Origin: an uncultured virus (IMG/VR IMGVR_UViG_3300025635_000023)
Lineage: Duplodnaviria; Heunggongvirae; Uroviricota; Caudoviricetes
DNA: 64,000 nucleotides
IMG/VR virus record: IMGVR_UViG_3300025635_000023
Direction: 5' to 3' (one strand)
The translations under genes and the position numbers were made by a program. Of this stretch, positions 35,165 to 44,868 are shown in pieces; within the stretch, counting starts at the first letter, position 1, and each line of letters starts with the position of its first letter. The notes below the pieces were generated by a model. The model had not been told where the DNA came from, ran no database searches, and saw nothing but the letters and a program-made list of their open reading frames with translations.

Positions 35165-37759
35165 TTACCTCACTGTGTTAGCAGTCACTGCGCGGGCTAA
35201 TCCGGTTCGTGTGACTACTTCAATTTGCTCGCGTAATGCGGCGATAAAACAAAGATAGCTAGCGTAGATATGATCGTCTGTACTTTCGCCGTGCCCTCTT
35301 GGAGAGACGACGAAGTAATGAACGTGGCCGCTTGTTCTACGCTGCCTTGCTACCCTCTCCAGCTGAGAGACCCCCTCTGCATCAACTTCGGAAAAGGCAA
35401 TCGTTTGACGTTGTATGTGCTTAACCAACTCGCTTGTAGCCCACGCCTTAAATGACTCAGAGATTTGCGTTCCGTCCTGAATAGTACCGACCGCAATCTT
35501 TTCATTAAACTGAACGGGAATGATTCTTTTGTTATACATCCCAGACGCGTATTCTGGTCGAGATATTAAACTCTGAACAATACCAGCACCACCGCCACCG
35601 GCACCGACATCAATCGCAATCTTGTTTACCCCGTAACCGCGAGCTAGATAGTCAATAATTTTTTCTTGCTCAGGATAGTCAATACGCTGTACTTTGTAAC
35701 GTACGTAGCATCGCCAAGTATCGTCTACCTTTGCAAAGACTTGAATTATGGTAGGATCAGAAAATCCAGTGTCGATAGCAAACACAATACCGTCATTTTT
35801 CGGTAATAAAGTAATAGGAAGTGATTCTGAGATAGACTTACCGCTGTCTTTCTCGCGCTGAGTATACTGATAAGAGAAAAAATCATATGGTTGAATTTTC
35901 ATCTGGTCTCGCGAGATTACTTGAAAACTTGGCGATCCATGCTTACCTAAAATGAGCTGTTGAAATATATCCTCATTTTCCCCACCGTATCGACGAATGG
36001 CATCGTCCCAATCCTCTTTTGTAAAATACGGATTATTTGGAGCAGGGATACGATATTTTTTAAATTTAGGCGTTTTTACATCAAGCACATATAGCGCGGT
36101 GTTTCTCATGCCATTGGGCACCCCACAGTATACTTCCTGAACTTTAGGCTCCCATGTGTTAATCGTCGGCTGCAGCTGATAGAATGCGGTCATCGGAAAC
36201 AATTGAAACTCGTCACCGGTCACTTTAGGAATGTGAAGACCTACAAGATTATTTGCTTCTTTACTGCCTGCGATACGCGCATAAAGGCGGTGCTTCCTTG
36301 TTCCCATTTGAAAATCTAAAGTACCTTTTGCTCGATTGATATTGTTATTTAAGAAATCTTTCAATAAGGGACTTGTAGTAAACTTTAGAATTACCCGGTC
36401 TAATATTGGCGTAAGCTGATTGGTATTAGGCGTTACTAAAAGTTGTTCGGGAGTTTTTGGAAACTCAATCGTTGAGTTAACTATTTGATAAGTTAGCAAG
36501 TCCTCAAGAATAACCGAGTTGTGGACAATTACATTTTCTGAGATATAAGTTTCATCTTGATACACATGAACTGAGTATGTCTGCGCTCGACCACCTTTGA
36601 TTTTAGCCGTTACTCGATCCCACTCAATTGTTGATGCAGGTGGAGCAGTCTCTTTAGTAAGCGATACACTTACTCCGGGTAATTTAAATTCCTGCCAAAA
36701 CCGCAAAGCGTTTACGCGATCAAGTGTTTCTACTTCCCAAGCTGAGTCGTCTATCTGAAAAATATGACGTTCTGTAGAATGGTCAGTCAACTTCTTGCTA
36801 GTACTTCGAATACCAAAGTACAAAAGAAGCTCTTGCCAATCACGAACATATTGTTCGTTTAGTAAGCGAATCTTTACAGTTTCCAATGATAGAACACCGT
36901 ATTGTGCGTAAGCAGCTTCTAAAAACGCTCTAATGTTTTCCACGCGCTGTGTTTTCAGCCAGTCAAGTCTAAAAACCTGCCGTGCGTCCTTGGCCATTAA
37001 ATTTAACTCAATTTTTAATTGATTCATGTAGTGACGCACTCCACCAGCTTTGATTCTCTCTAGGAATACCGCGCCGTTTTCTTCTTTGCGATACGTTAAG
37101 TAGAGATGATGTGCGATATCCTGCAATTCAGCATCAATTTTTTTAAATCGTGGTTTTATTCCTACTGATGCTTTGTGGTACACCGATCCCGACGCGAGAT
37201 ATCCAAGAGCGCGTAACTCATGCCATGAAAGCGTGTCGTAAATACAATGATCAGTAGGTAACTTCCCCACTGCTGCAACTAAATCCCCTATAACTAAATC
37301 CCCCATAAGAATAAAACCTTTTGGAGTGAGTATTGGGTGTAAGTCTGTTGCCTTCACTTGCTGACCGCTGGACGTGTAAATAGTCCATATAGGCTTCCAA
37401 CGATCTTTACGTAAAAAACCTCTTCGCTGAGTAAACACACCAGAAGGAGAATAACCATAAGTGATAAATGATTTTCGTTTTAACAGTTGAGTAATTGTTT
37501 CATACCCACGATCTGTAAATATGCGTGCTGATGCGGGTTGACACTTACCAATAGCGCGACCTCCAGTTACAACGATATGAGCAGACTGATCACTCAGAAT
37601 CTCTCGTTGATACGGCCGAAAGAAAAACTCCTCAACTGGCCAATTTTCTTTATTCATGTCAGCTGTGTTTGTCGATCGCAAAAATTCATTTAACCAGATA
37701 GGATCTTCTATAACTTCTAACAAAGCAAAGTCACTATCCTCTAGTTTTGCTTTAAGCAT
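35165..37759 (-). CDS. terL: Terminase large subunit containing an intein
   Basis: RPYQREIL, Walker A GRAIGK|S split by the intein, Walker B VTGDE, nuclease FAIDTGFSDP, DDHI. Confidence 0.88.
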   Translation of the reverse strand: MLKAKLEDSDFALLEVIEDPIWLNEFLRSTNTADMNKENWPVEEFFFRPYQREILSDQSAHIVVTGGRAIGKCQPASARIFTDRGYETITQLLKRKSFITYGYSPSGVFTQRRGFLRKDRWKPIWTIYTSSGQQVKATDLHPILTPKGFILMGDLVIGDLVAAVGKLPTDHCIYDTLSWHELRALGYLASGSVYHKASVGIKPRFKKIDAELQDIAHHLYLTYRKEENGAVFLERIKAGGVRHYMNQLKIELNLMAKDARQVFRLDWLKTQRVENIRAFLEAAYAQYGVLSLETVKIRLLNEQYVRDWQELLLYFGIRSTSKKLTDHSTERHIFQIDDSAWEVETLDRVNALRFWQEFKLPGVSVSLTKETAPPASTIEWDRVTAKIKGGRAQTYSVHVYQDETYISENVIVHNSVILEDLLTYQIVNSTIEFPKTPEQLLVTPNTNQLTPILDRVILKFTTSPLLKDFLNNNINRAKGTLDFQMGTRKHRLYARIAGSKEANNLVGLHIPKVTGDEFQLFPMTAFYQLQPTINTWEPKVQEVYCGVPNGMRNTALYVLDVKTPKFKKYRIPAPNNPYFTKEDWDDAIRRYGGENEDIFQQLILGKHGSPSFQVISRDQMKIQPYDFFSYQYTQREKDSGKSISESLPITLLPKNDGIVFAIDTGFSDPTIIQVFAKVDDTWRCYVRYKVQRIDYPEQEKIIDYLARGYGVNKIAIDVGAGGGGAGIVQSLISRPEYASGMYNKRIIPVQFNEKIAVGTIQDGTQISESFKAWATSELVKHIQRQTIAFSEVDAEGVSQLERVARQRRTSGHVHYFVVSPRGHGESTDDHIYASYLCFIAALREQIEVVTRTGLARAVTANTVR
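36518..37543 (-). mobile_element. Intein (342 aa) with degenerate homing-endonuclease-like region
   Basis: Starts CQPASARI, block B ATDLHPILT, ends ISENVIVHN followed by S. Confidence 0.9.
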
Positions 37760-38390
37760 CCTCACTCTCCTGACTAAGATCATCTGATAGAACTAGGTCA
37801 TCATCGTTGTCACCAGCAGTAGAACCCGATTTTTTAGAGTTTACTACTGTGTAACGATGTTTTTTACGCCAATTTGAGTCGGCGATGTCAAAGAAGATAT
37901 CCTTCTCCTCGCGCTCCGCGCTCACTGCTTTGTTGCATTGATTGCAATTAACTTTAAGAGTAAATCGTGAGTGATCATGCATAATGGAAAATCGAGCAAG
38001 TAATATTTTGCATTCAGGGCAATAAAGTCTCACTAAGCGACGCTCAAGGAAATCCTGAGCGGCCGCTTTTAGGTTAACTATGTACTCAGCGATTGACTCT
38101 GACTTGTCACTAGTACGTGTCTTACGGTCGAGAGCTAGCGCCCGCTCCAATTGAAGGTTTCGCTCAATAATATCTTTTAAAGAAGATCCTAGTCGCTGAA
38201 TCATATCTATGTTATCAACGGGGTCATCCGCGGTAAGTTCTTGAAGTTTTGCCTGAATAGTTTCCACAATAACCTGATTATTAATTAGCATCTCAAGATT
38301 TGCTCGATCATTCGGCGACGAAAGCGTGGCTAAGTCATATTTGTCCGAATAGTCTTTTAATATCTCAGTAAACCTACGATTTTTAGCCAT
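37752..38390 (-). CDS. Putative terminase small subunit with zinc ribbon
   Basis: Immediately upstream of terL; CPEC and CNQC. Confidence 0.5.
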   Translation of the reverse strand: MAKNRRFTEILKDYSDKYDLATLSSPNDRANLEMLINNQVIVETIQAKLQELTADDPVDNIDMIQRLGSSLKDIIERNLQLERALALDRKTRTSDKSESIAEYIVNLKAAAQDFLERRLVRLYCPECKILLARFSIMHDHSRFTLKVNCNQCNKAVSAEREEKDIFFDIADSNWRKKHRYTVVNSKKSGSTAGDNDDDLVLSDDLSQESEDA

Positions 38391-38464
38391 TATTTCCCCT
38401 TCTGGTAGAAGATAGAGCACAAAACTGTACTCTATCTTCTACCAATGTCCTTATTAAATTGTCA

Positions 38465-40627
38465 TTACCGAATTGGACAGGCTCCGCCTTCACAGTCACT
38501 GCCGAGATCATCGTCTACCTCAATATTTTCAAATTGAGTTAGCAGCGCGATAATAGATTGACCAGTCACGTTAGAGACTGCGTCTTTACGACTTTCATAC
38601 TCATCATACGAGATTTCTTCGTACGGCATCAATGGGTACGCAGTTGTAAACTTGGGCAGAAATGAGACACCAATATAATCATCCCATCTGTTCAAGAGCA
38701 ACTCAATAATTTCTTTTACCTCTGATGGATCGAAGGTAATTGTAATTGACGTGTTATGATCACTCCAGTAGTTCTGCAAGATAAAGTAGCGGCGAAGTTG
38801 TTCGACTGCTGACTCGCTTGATGAAGGCTTCGGTGCTGAGGTTTTAATTGGAAACTCAACTACCCATGTATGAGCCTCTTTAAGTTTTGCTTCCTTATCT
38901 GCTACAGAAAGCCCATCATACACATCCGGTAAACACGTCGTAGCCTCTGGATAAATTGGATAACCAGCTGACTTCATTGCCATAGCAAGTGGATCTTGAC
39001 TTGAGATACGAACACGGCGTACATAGTACGGAGCGTATGACGCGTGAGCACCAGACGATACAGTAGGAAGCTGGGCCAGCGTTCCTGACGGTTTCACACA
39101 GGTAACCAATAGCGGAACTGGAATGCGTAACGCATCTGCATAGGCGCGTGCCGAAATTATAGCCATGTCACGTAACTGAAAAAGCACTGCTGCCAATGTG
39201 TAATAGCTAATTCCGTCATTGACTACAACGCGTACAGGATCTTGTTCTGCGTTAGTAGTACTAACACGTAGTGCGTCCATAGCCTCTACATATCCAGTCA
39301 TAGATACGCCAGTTAAGCGATCGCGAGCCTGAACTTTATTCCAATGCGGAAGTTCAAGCTCCAGCGTGGCCATACGGACTCCAATTCGCGTGGCAAGGCG
39401 TACCGCACATTTAAGCCCATCTAAGTCAAGCCACGGACGTTCTGTACCGGCACCGTGAACGAACGCACGTACATTGACTTCTGAGAGATTACATACGCCG
39501 TTATCTGCAAGAAGAATCTCAGCACAGGGATTTGTCCCCGCGTAATAAGGGCGTCGGTAGGCTGCGGCCTCGGCATTAATAAAACCGGGCTCGCCGTTAT
39601 TTACGATGCGCTCGAAAATATTTTTTAGCTGCCGCTCAGTTGGCTTTTGTCGGAAAAATACTGAGTTGTTGCTCATAGAACGAAACCGCTTTGACTCCTT
39701 GGCCGGATCGGTCCACAGATCTTTCTTTGCATTCAAAATATCGATGTCGTTAATGTCAAACAAAGTGATTTCACTAGAACGACGAACACCGCCAACTACA
39801 ACAGCCTCGCCAATAAGATTCATTATATCCATTGCTTCTATGGTTGTAATATTAGAGTACTCAGCAGCATTGTAGTGACTCAGTGTCTCAACAATCTTTG
39901 AATACATGTTCATTAGTGCGTGCGGCCCAGATGCACGACCGCCAAACGTTTTGAGCTGTTCACCTGCTGGACGCACGTAATTATAGTTTATTGTAAGTGT
40001 GTGAATGCCGTCAGTATAACAATGCAATAACCACTTAAGGCCGTCTACCCATCCTTCTTTAGAGTCACCGATGCATAGCATGGCCTCTGTTTTAGAAATC
40101 CGATAAAATTCTGTAAGATCGCTTCGATCTGCGGCAGCTACAGGTGCATACTCTTGATGAGTTACTTGTACATTGCGAACAATTTTAGGTAGTTGAGCGA
40201 CATCCGAAGGAAGCACTCGAAAGCCAACACCTGTTCCAAGCATCATGAGATAAAAAGCATCATAAAATGCTTGAAAATCATCTACAATCATAAACGAACA
40301 GTTAAAGTTAGACAGCGGATATTTCTTTGCTGCCTCTGTTCCACCAGTCCATAAAGTACGTCCTGCGGGAAATACTTTTAAATTAAACATGTAGTCAAAC
40401 AGTGACTCTGCTTCTTCGTTATATTTCCAACGGTCCGAACTTGACAAAGAGGTATCCAGAGACATGCTGTACTCAACAACGCGTTTGACAGTTTCCTTCC
40501 ACGTCTCTCTACGTTTCAGTTCGGGAATGAAACGACTGTACGTACGAAGGTATACAAACTGACCCAGCAGACTTGGCCACTCTGGGTTGTCAGGATATTG
40601 ACTCAAAAAATAAGAACTAAGCGGCAT
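38465..40627 (-). CDS. nrdJ: Class II (adenosylcobalamin-dependent) ribonucleotide reductase
   Basis: YLRTYSR, PAGRTLW, NCSF, VVGGVRRS, GTNPCAEI, CNLSE, TCVKPSGT, C-terminal CEGGACPIR. Confidence 0.93.
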   Translation of the reverse strand: MPLSSYFLSQYPDNPEWPSLLGQFVYLRTYSRFIPELKRRETWKETVKRVVEYSMSLDTSLSSSDRWKYNEEAESLFDYMFNLKVFPAGRTLWTGGTEAAKKYPLSNFNCSFMIVDDFQAFYDAFYLMMLGTGVGFRVLPSDVAQLPKIVRNVQVTHQEYAPVAAADRSDLTEFYRISKTEAMLCIGDSKEGWVDGLKWLLHCYTDGIHTLTINYNYVRPAGEQLKTFGGRASGPHALMNMYSKIVETLSHYNAAEYSNITTIEAMDIMNLIGEAVVVGGVRRSSEITLFDINDIDILNAKKDLWTDPAKESKRFRSMSNNSVFFRQKPTERQLKNIFERIVNNGEPGFINAEAAAYRRPYYAGTNPCAEILLADNGVCNLSEVNVRAFVHGAGTERPWLDLDGLKCAVRLATRIGVRMATLELELPHWNKVQARDRLTGVSMTGYVEAMDALRVSTTNAEQDPVRVVVNDGISYYTLAAVLFQLRDMAIISARAYADALRIPVPLLVTCVKPSGTLAQLPTVSSGAHASYAPYYVRRVRISSQDPLAMAMKSAGYPIYPEATTCLPDVYDGLSVADKEAKLKEAHTWVVEFPIKTSAPKPSSSESAVEQLRRYFILQNYWSDHNTSITITFDPSEVKEIIELLLNRWDDYIGVSFLPKFTTAYPLMPYEEISYDEYESRKDAVSNVTGQSIIALLTQFENIEVDDDLGSDCEGGACPIR

Positions 40628-40628
40628 C

Positions 40629-40907
40629 TTATACTCCTAAAGTAAAATTAATTGTGGGGTCAGTGAACGAAAAATTCTTCATAGCGGACTGTACTTGTCG
40701 TTTATTATGAACAAATGCAAGTTGAGCAATCATAAAGTTTCGTAGCTTGTTCAGAAACAATTGAGGCTCTTCTCCACTATATGGAATCAAAATCTCATGA
40801 AATTCGAGATTGTCTTCCGCCGGATGTTTAATAGCGTAGCGAACGTAGAATGACCCATCTTCCTGTTCTCGGTACTCTACTACAGTATAACGAAGCGGCG
40901 TACTCAA
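40629..40907 (-). CDS. Hypothetical protein
   Basis: Between mazG-like and nrdJ, coupled to both. Confidence 0.55.
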   Translation of the reverse strand: MSTPLRYTVVEYREQEDGSFYVRYAIKHPAEDNLEFHEILIPYSGEEPQLFLNKLRNFMIAQLAFVHNKRQVQSAMKNFSFTDPTINFTLGV

Positions 40908-41221
40908 CGATTGTCTCCGCTACCTTGAATTGTGTTATTAGCCACGCGTGCTTCAAGCTTAGCAGTATTGCGCTCAATAACTTCATCTAATGTGTATCCA
41001 AGATCATCGATAAGACAAGTGACATACCAAAGTACATCTCCAAGCTCATCAATAATCTTACTTGCTTGCTCAACGTCAAGTTGACCAGCGGCATCCCTCA
41101 GTACTTTTTTGACCTTTCCTGCTACTTCTCCAGCTTCGGATGCTAATCCTAAAGCGGGATAAATTACTGCATAATCGCGACTATAGCGCTTTGTAGACAC
41201 CACAAAATCTTGATAGCTCAT
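40904..41221 (-). CDS. MazG-like nucleotide pyrophosphohydrolase
   Basis: LGLASEAGEVAGKVKK, DELGDVLWY, N..KL..R, GSGDNR. Confidence 0.9.
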   Translation of the reverse strand: MSYQDFVVSTKRYSRDYAVIYPALGLASEAGEVAGKVKKVLRDAAGQLDVEQASKIIDELGDVLWYVTCLIDDLGYTLDEVIERNTAKLEARVANNTIQGSGDNR

Positions 41222-41239
41222 ACGGCTTCCCCCTAAAAA

Positions 41240-41529
41240 TTGAAAAAAAAATCGCCAACTTACTAATAGTAATAATATTAATAAGTTAGTTATTATAATA
41301 CCATATATATGACTAATAAACAAATTAATTAATAAATATGATAGAATATCTATCAATTAAATTTTTTTTTAAATCTTATTTTTTATTTCCCCAACAAAAT
41401 TATAATATATGATGTCAAGCTTTTTTATTAGAATTGCATTAGAATTAGATGAGTATTTTTTATATAATTACTAATTAATGTGGATAACATGTGGATAACT
41501 TTATGTTAATGTGGATAACTTGTGGATTA
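41240..41529. promoter_or_regulatory. AT-rich divergent intergenic region with DnaA-box cluster (candidate origin)
   Basis: TGTGGATAA at 41479, 41490 and 41510, near match at 41521; very AT-rich stretch upstream; extended -10 TGGTAAAAT at about 41543. Confidence 0.65.
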
Positions 41530-41565
41530 ATTAAAAAATATGTGGTAAAATACTAGTAGGTGTAT

Positions 41566-41985
41566 ATGCACTTAATTTCTGGTCAGGTGAGGCGAATGAG
41601 ATACGTACAGTGTTTATTTTGTGATGAGCGTAAGCAGCGCAGTGATTTTTTATGTAAGTCCTGCCGCATATTATATGGGCCCTATGAAAAAGAAGCGTGG
41701 TTTTCTGAATTTGTGCAAATGGAGAGAAAACAACGCAGGATAACTAAGCAGGAATCAACTAATTTTGAGGTAGATTTTTTACCTAAAGAACCAAGACCCC
41801 AATGGGGCTCATCCAAGTCAAGAGGCCGCCCAAGAACTACCGATTTAGTTGAATCGTATATTAGATCTATATATCAAGATAGTTTCTCAATTCGAAAAAT
41901 TACAAGTTTATGTCAGGAGTCAGGTTTAGTTGTTTCGCGAGAAAGTGTACGTACTATTCTCAATAAGATTAAAAGTGACAAATAA
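41566..41985 (+). CDS. Zinc-finger plus HTH putative regulator
   Basis: CLFC...CKSC, RGRPR, C-terminal SIRKI...VSRESVRTIL; start uncertain. Confidence 0.6.
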   Translation: MHLISGQVRRMRYVQCLFCDERKQRSDFLCKSCRILYGPYEKEAWFSEFVQMERKQRRITKQESTNFEVDFLPKEPRPQWGSSKSRGRPRTTDLVESYIRSIYQDSFSIRKITSLCQESGLVVSRESVRTILNKIKSDK

Positions 41986-42011
41986 AAAAATTCATTATTA
42001 GGGGGGACTTT

Positions 42012-42776
42012 ATGCCGATAAATATTCCATCAACTGTTAATGTCACCGTTGGTACTGTTGAGCTGCAGGAAAATGCAGAAACGGTGCATTATCAACAATT
42101 TGTGTTAACTTCTCCGGAAGGAATCCCGCTTGGAAATAATTCTAATTTAATTCCGATTGCCGTTGCAGTTTCTGGAAACTACGTTTCTAACTTAAATGCT
42201 GCTTCGACTGTATTTCCAGTAGGTGGTGTGTACTACGAAGAGTCAATAGATAATTCGTTTACTGAGCTTCAGGATACTGAGTTATCTGTAGCTCGCCTGA
42301 CTGTTCGCGGTGGAATTAAAACTGCCGGTGACGGTAGAGTGAACGAGCTCATTGGGGGATCCTCTTCAGGTTACGATGACGTTCTTGTAATTTCTGGAGT
42401 TTACTCATCCGTTGGTTTAAACGTACTTAATACAAATGGCGAGTTTTTTCAATTAACCAACACAAGTGCTAGACATTTTTACATACCGATGATCCGTAGT
42501 GGATGGAGGACATTAAGTTTTAGTTTTATTGCACCCGTGTCTGGTTTGATTTCAATTTACACTGATATGGGTTCTAAGACTCGAGATATTCTTGCGGGTA
42601 CTTTCAGTACTAATGCTGACGTTCGTTATGGAGTGGTTGCGGCCACAATAACTGCTTCCGGTTCATTAATTGGTATACCTGCTTTAGCTTATCCAGTAAA
42701 CGCTTTTATTATAACCTTTGAGCCTGCAGAAACAGATGCCGGAACGTACGAACTTCATATAACAAGAGGTGCCTAA
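42012..42776 (+). CDS. Putative virion structural protein
   Basis: Beta-rich ORF leading the head operon. Confidence 0.55.
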   Translation: MPINIPSTVNVTVGTVELQENAETVHYQQFVLTSPEGIPLGNNSNLIPIAVAVSGNYVSNLNAASTVFPVGGVYYEESIDNSFTELQDTELSVARLTVRGGIKTAGDGRVNELIGGSSSGYDDVLVISGVYSSVGLNVLNTNGEFFQLTNTSARHFYIPMIRSGWRTLSFSFIAPVSGLISIYTDMGSKTRDILAGTFSTNADVRYGVVAATITASGSLIGIPALAYPVNAFIITFEPAETDAGTYELHITRGA

Positions 42777-44332
42777 TGAGTGATCCAATAGATGATTCAC
42801 TGAGTGATAGACAGCAGGATTTAATAACTGATTTAATTGAGTTAACAGATAAGTTTGGTAAATTTGGGCCCGGTATAGATAGTGAAGGATCTCACTACAC
42901 ACCGGCTGAAAACAATCCATTTAAATCGGAAGGTCTAATCTGTGCTAACTGTGCTTTTTTTAGTTACGATAGTAAGTCTTGTTCGATTGTAGAGGGTCAA
43001 ATCGAGCCTGAAGCAATTTGTAAATTCTGGGTAATTGAGAATGAGTATTTAGGAGAATCCCCAGAGGAAGAAGAAGAGCCAGAGTCAGAAGAAGACATGG
43101 CAATGGCTGCACGCTATAGTAACATTGATTTTTCTCCACCGGCTGGTGTAAAGGCGGCCGCAAAACGTGGTTTAGTCTTACATGAAAAAGGCTTAAGTGG
43201 GGATGGTTTGGAGTCAGCCACTGTGCTATGGGCTCGAAAATATACTCAAGGTAAACCTGTAAGTCCGGAGCGTGCCCGAATGGGTAATCGGTTTTATGGG
43301 AGAAATGCGCGATTCGCTAATGCGCCCAAAGACTCACCCGCGTGGGTTTCTTGGTTGCTTTGGGGAGGAAGTGCTGGAAGAAGTTGGTTTTCTAAGCTGG
43401 TGAAGCAAATGGATGCCGCTGACAAAAAAAGTTCAGCATCTGTGAATGGTGCAATTTATCTTACTGAAGATAAACTACTGAACCCATTTCTTAAAGAAAT
43501 CTTTTTGATTCTTACTGATTTTGAGCCCAATGCCAACGGAGAAGGAATTCCTCGGGCAGAGGCTGAAAATATTATAAAAACTTCTAAGTTGACTCCAATT
43601 AAAATTTCGTCAGATGGCGATTCTTATGGAGGTCACGCAGGAGCGCACCCTATTGGCGCAATTGTTGACTCTTTTCTTGATACGCATAATGGAAAAGATG
43701 TTATTAAGTCACGCGCTTTTATATGGAAAGACGAGTACCCTGCGATATATGACCTTGTAAAAAGTCAGGCATCTGATGGTGGTTTTATTGGTACGTCTTG
43801 GGAAGTCTATTATACTCATTCTGAGGAGGATAGTGGCGTACGATGGTTGCGGAATGTAACCTTTGCTGGTACATGTATCGTTGATACTCCAGCTTATGGA
43901 AACAGAACGCCGTTACTAAGCGTTGCCGAAAAAACGTCTATGGAGCTTAAAGAATTACAAGATAGAGTAGAGGAGTTAAATGCTCTTGTTACTCAAAAGG
44001 AGGGAGTCATTGATCAACTTCAAAGTCAGATCACGCAATACCAAGAAGCAGAGCGGCAAGCGCAAGCCGAGAAGCGGAAGAATGTATTAATGCAGCAGCT
44101 TAGTACAGTCTTTTCTGAATCGGAACTTGCGGAGAGACTTGAGTTTTATCTAGCTATGGATGACTCCGTATTCCAAAAAGTGTTTTTGGATATGACTAAG
44201 AATAGTAAAACCGTATCGGAAAAGAAAGATTCAATTCCGGTTCCAGAGCCCACTGCTAATACTGAGTTTGATACTCGCGATCCTAAGAAATTAGCAGGAG
44301 AGCTTAAAAAAATCTTGAGAGGTGAAATTTAA
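42776..44332 (+). CDS. Multidomain prohead protease/scaffold protein
   Basis: Precedes decoration and capsid genes; H..AHPIG, GTSWE, GTCIVDTPAY; C-terminal coiled coil. Confidence 0.65.
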   Translation: MSDPIDDSLSDRQQDLITDLIELTDKFGKFGPGIDSEGSHYTPAENNPFKSEGLICANCAFFSYDSKSCSIVEGQIEPEAICKFWVIENEYLGESPEEEEEPESEEDMAMAARYSNIDFSPPAGVKAAAKRGLVLHEKGLSGDGLESATVLWARKYTQGKPVSPERARMGNRFYGRNARFANAPKDSPAWVSWLLWGGSAGRSWFSKLVKQMDAADKKSSASVNGAIYLTEDKLLNPFLKEIFLILTDFEPNANGEGIPRAEAENIIKTSKLTPIKISSDGDSYGGHAGAHPIGAIVDSFLDTHNGKDVIKSRAFIWKDEYPAIYDLVKSQASDGGFIGTSWEVYYTHSEEDSGVRWLRNVTFAGTCIVDTPAYGNRTPLLSVAEKTSMELKELQDRVEELNALVTQKEGVIDQLQSQITQYQEAERQAQAEKRKNVLMQQLSTVFSESELAERLEFYLAMDDSVFQKVFLDMTKNSKTVSEKKDSIPVPEPTANTEFDTRDPKKLAGELKKILRGEI

Positions 44333-44865
44333 TGGCTGTTATTGTATCAACTCAATTCAGCGCTCAGGGTGTTGCAGCCGCCACCATTATGGAAGGCCGC
44401 GCTGTTACCTTGACCGCCTCGGGTGTGAGAGAAGATCTTCCTAGTGTAACGTATGCTTCTGCAAATCAGCAGCACGGCGTGTACATTGCGTTCTTCCCGC
44501 CCGACAACTTTCCTCGTCCGACCTATGAGGACTGGTATAGCGTTCCATCGACTCGTGTATACGACTTGAATGATGCTTCGCTTTACGGCGATCCTACTTT
44601 CTACAAAAAGCAGTACCTAGTGCCGCGCAGTATGTGGGCCGAGCCCCTTGTGTATAGTGGCGAGCTTGTTGCGTTGCATAACGGACGAATTGGCTTAACT
44701 GTAAATTGTTTTGTAGATGATGCTAATATTCGCGTACCCGGTAACATGATCGCTGTTGGTACGTCTGGTAAGTTGGTCTACACTAATAACAACACACACG
44801 CAATTGGTATAGTCGAGCGGTATGCACCTGATACCGGCGTTCTGTACATCAGCATGGGAGTATAA
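44332..44865 (+). CDS. Putative head decoration protein
   Basis: Position between scaffold and major capsid; 177 aa. Confidence 0.55.
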   Translation: MAVIVSTQFSAQGVAAATIMEGRAVTLTASGVREDLPSVTYASANQQHGVYIAFFPPDNFPRPTYEDWYSVPSTRVYDLNDASLYGDPTFYKKQYLVPRSMWAEPLVYSGELVALHNGRIGLTVNCFVDDANIRVPGNMIAVGTSGKLVYTNNNTHAIGIVERYAPDTGVLYISMGV

Positions 44866-44868
44866 CGA

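Noticed and set aside
41222..41356. Hydrophobic N-terminal extension of the MazG-like ORF
   Set aside because: Translation of AT-rich intergenic DNA; the real start is probably 41221.
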